Assembly (NCBI GenBank): GCA_038064695.1
Contig: JBBTSO010000003.1
Span: 1 to 49,974, forward strand
Source: Patescibacteria group bacterium
GTDB taxonomy: Bacteria > Patescibacteriota > Minisyncoccia > Phycocordibacterales > Phycocordibacteraceae
Length of the DNA stretch: 49,974 nt
Direction of reading: 5' to 3'
Part shown: piece by piece, positions 48,176 to 49,974 of the stretch
How the letters are laid out: the number at the start of each line of letters is the position of its first letter
Numbering within the stretch: position 1 is the stretch's first letter
Translations under genes and position numbers: made by a program
The notes under the pieces: generated by a model
The model's database searches: none
Told to the model about the DNA's origin: nothing
Seen by the model: only the letters and a program-made list of their open reading frames with translations

Positions 48176-48523
48176 TTATGACAACGTTTTATTTTTTCGT
48201 TCTTTAAAATTTTTCCAAAGTGCAATTGTTATAAACGCGAGCGCCGCAACGGCGCCACCGAGTAACTCAGCTTGCGTTGATAGTCCTGGGATTGGTGGTA
48301 TATCTTCACTTCCTAAAAATCCATTAAAAGGTTGTTCCCACACACCCAGATCAAAATTTTCTTCTAACTTTTGTGCGGCTTTGGAACCGCCAAAAGCCGC
48401 AGGAATAGAGAACCAGCCCCAGTGATGTGCCTGGAAAACGAGTAACTTCCGTCGTTGCTGTATAACGGACTGACCCGCGGTTAGTGCAGCTTCCGCGCGA
48501 GAAGATAGCGGATTTTCTGACAT
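48176..48523 (-). CDS. Small membrane protein (115 aa)
   Basis: C-terminal TM plus basic tail; TAAAAT 6 nt before ATG. Confidence 0.65.
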   Translation of the reverse strand: MSENPLSSRAEAALTAGQSVIQQRRKLLVFQAHHWGWFSIPAAFGGSKAAQKLEENFDLGVWEQPFNGFLGSEDIPPIPGLSTQAELLGGAVAALAFITIALWKNFKERKNKTLS

Positions 48524-48575
48524 AAATATATTTTACCACCCAAAAAAATAAGACACTGCAAGACGGTAGTTACAC

Positions 48576-48830
48576 TTACCCCTTAAATCTGTACCCACTT
48601 TGCACTGCAAATCCAACAACAGCAGAACCCGTAGCTAAACCAGCGAAAGACGCAATACCTGTTGAGGTATTATCAGGAACACCAACTAGCTCAAGACCAG
48701 AATCAACTCCACACCCTGCCAAAGCGCCTAGGGCTCCAGCAACAATCAACGTTGCCATTCCAGTCATTGTAAATTGTAGTACTTCACCTGCCACTTTCCC
48801 CGCATTCAGTTTTGCATCTAAAGAAGGCAT
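48576..48830 (-). CDS. Small Gly-rich 2-helix membrane protein, paralog of 48940..49197
   Basis: Shares G.D..LE.VGV.D..ST and AV.SGY with its neighbour. Confidence 0.75.
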   Translation of the reverse strand: MPSLDAKLNAGKVAGEVLQFTMTGMATLIVAGALGALAGCGVDSGLELVGVPDNTSTGIASFAGLATGSAVVGFAVQSGYRFKG

Positions 48831-48863
48831 AAAAATTTTGTATATTACTTTGATAACATCAAC

Positions 48864-48920
48864 ATTGTATCATATTTAAATTAATTTGTCAAATAACACA
48901 AAACCCGCCGAAAGGCGGGG
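48864..48920 (-). promoter_or_regulatory. Terminator plus sigma70 promoter cassette, copy 2
   Basis: CCCGCC-4 nt-GGCGGG stem with TTTTGTGTT tail, followed by TTGACA-17-TACAAT with extended TG. Confidence 0.75.
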
Positions 48921-48939
48921 CTTGAAAAACAAAGTTTTT

Positions 48940-49197
48940 TTAGTCGTTTTTGTATCCGCTTCTGACTGCTGTCCCTATTACTGCGAGAAAAGCAACAATC
49001 CCCAGCGCGACGCCGAATTTTGTTGATACGTCGTCAGAAACTCCAACAGACTCAAGTGCAAAGTCTGCTCCTTGACCAAGAATGTTTGAAAATACTAAAG
49101 AACCTAAAGTAACCCATGAGCCAGTAAAAAAATTTTTACCGAACTCTACTGCACTCTTTCGGGCATCAAAACGCGATATTGAATCTACATTAGCCAT
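48940..49197 (-). CDS. Small Gly-rich 2-helix membrane protein, paralog of 48576..48830
   Basis: Same shared motifs; flanked by the duplicated terminator/promoter cassettes. Confidence 0.75.
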   Translation of the reverse strand: MANVDSISRFDARKSAVEFGKNFFTGSWVTLGSLVFSNILGQGADFALESVGVSDDVSTKFGVALGIVAFLAVIGTAVRSGYKND

Positions 49198-49231
49198 ATA
49201 CAATTTTTAAATTTATTTACCTATGTTTATT

Positions 49232-49293
49232 ATTGTATCAAAAAATAAACATTTGTCAAGTAACACAAAACCCGCCACAAGGCGGGTTTTGTT
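49232..49293 (-). promoter_or_regulatory. Terminator (after 16S) plus sigma70 promoter cassette, copy 1
   Basis: ACAAAACCCGCC-4 nt-GGCGGGTTTTGT 12-bp stem, followed by TTGACA-16-TACAAT with extended TG. Confidence 0.75.
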
Positions 49294-49520
49294 GTTTGTA
49301 TTGAATACCAGTTTTTGTGTTTTCTTGCTAGCCACTAGAAACTAGCCGCTAGCACCTAAATAAATTCCAATTTCTATTCTGCTTTAGTTCTATCCATCGT
49401 GTCGTGTATCGATGAAACCGGATATAGGTTAGAGCCAATATATCAGTGCTCTATGTGTGGTCAATTGAGCCACACATAATCAACCGTATCAATTCTGACC
49501 AATGGTCAAAACATTTCCAC

Positions 49521-49974
49521 ATGGAAGTGATCCACGAGCAGCTTCCGCTACCCGTGCCTTGTTACGACTTACTCCCTGTCACCGAACTTACCGTTGGCCG
49601 CGATAAACGCGAACTTTGGGTATTCCCGGCTCCCTTGAGTTGACGGGCGGTGAGTACAAGACTCGAGAACGTATTCACCGTAGTTTGCTGACCTACGATT
49701 ACTAGCGATTCCGGCTTCATGGGGTCGAGTTGCAGACCCCAATCTGTATTGGCGATGTGTTTAAGGATTTGCTCCGCATTGCTGCATTGCGTCCCATTGT
49801 CACACCGATTGTATTACGTGTGCAGCCCAGGGCATCAGAGGGACATGCTGACTTGGCGTCATCCTCACCTTCCTCCCCCGTGAGGGGGCAGTCTCGCCTG
49901 ACATATAAAACAGGCAACGAGGGTTGCGTTCGTTACCCCACTTAAGGGAACAGCTCAAGCCACGAACTGACGAC
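49521..49974 (-). rRNA. rrs: 16S rRNA, 3' portion (partial)
   Basis: Minus strand carries GTTAAGTG-like/GCAACGAACGCAACCC, GAATCGCTAGTAATCG, GGTGAATACGTTC, CACCGCCCGTCA, AAGTCGTAACAAGG, GGATCAC. Confidence 0.98.

Noticed and set aside
46161-49293. Small-gene cluster as an integron array or integrated element
   Set aside because: No integrase and no recognisable attC sites or direct att repeat in the window; the genes carry their own promoters
49446-49945. ORFs overlapping the right end
   Set aside because: They lie within the 16S rRNA gene

Overview
Core-genome segment of a small-genome bacterium, most likely Patescibacteria/CPR (Parcubacteria-like). This is inferred from the divergent 16S 3' end with a non-canonical anti-SD, the HTH-headed surface proteins and the gene content. 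Almost all genes are on the minus strand. In order: two HTH-headed membrane proteins (one runs off the left edge), gatB, obgE, a 4-TM holin-family protein, secA, an unannotated 40-aa histone H1-like gene, murB, a dense non-coding RNA cluster (9.67-10.04 kb), a ~23-kb surface-glycan locus (Wzy/O-antigen ligase-TPR, LamG, Wzx, rmlB/rmlC, many GT4s, AsnB amidotransferase, YvcK, several odd fusions), a degenerate VirD4-like/lamin-tail fusion, DUF4015 hydrolase, rsmI-murC-murI-murD, short Ugd, prs, pgeF, photolyase, a cluster of seven small membrane-protein genes around tRNA-Ile, and the 3' end of a 16S rRNA gene with no 23S downstream. The most striking observations are: (1) a pair of promoter-defined, mutually complementary structured RNAs upstream of murB, separated by an RPE-like palindrome; (2) duplicated terminator-promoter-ORF cassettes of small Gly-rich membrane proteins in the 16S-tRNA-Ile spacer; (3) -10 boxes 6-7 nt before many start codons (leaderless mRNAs) together with an altered anti-SD. 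All calls come from reading the sequence; no searches were run.
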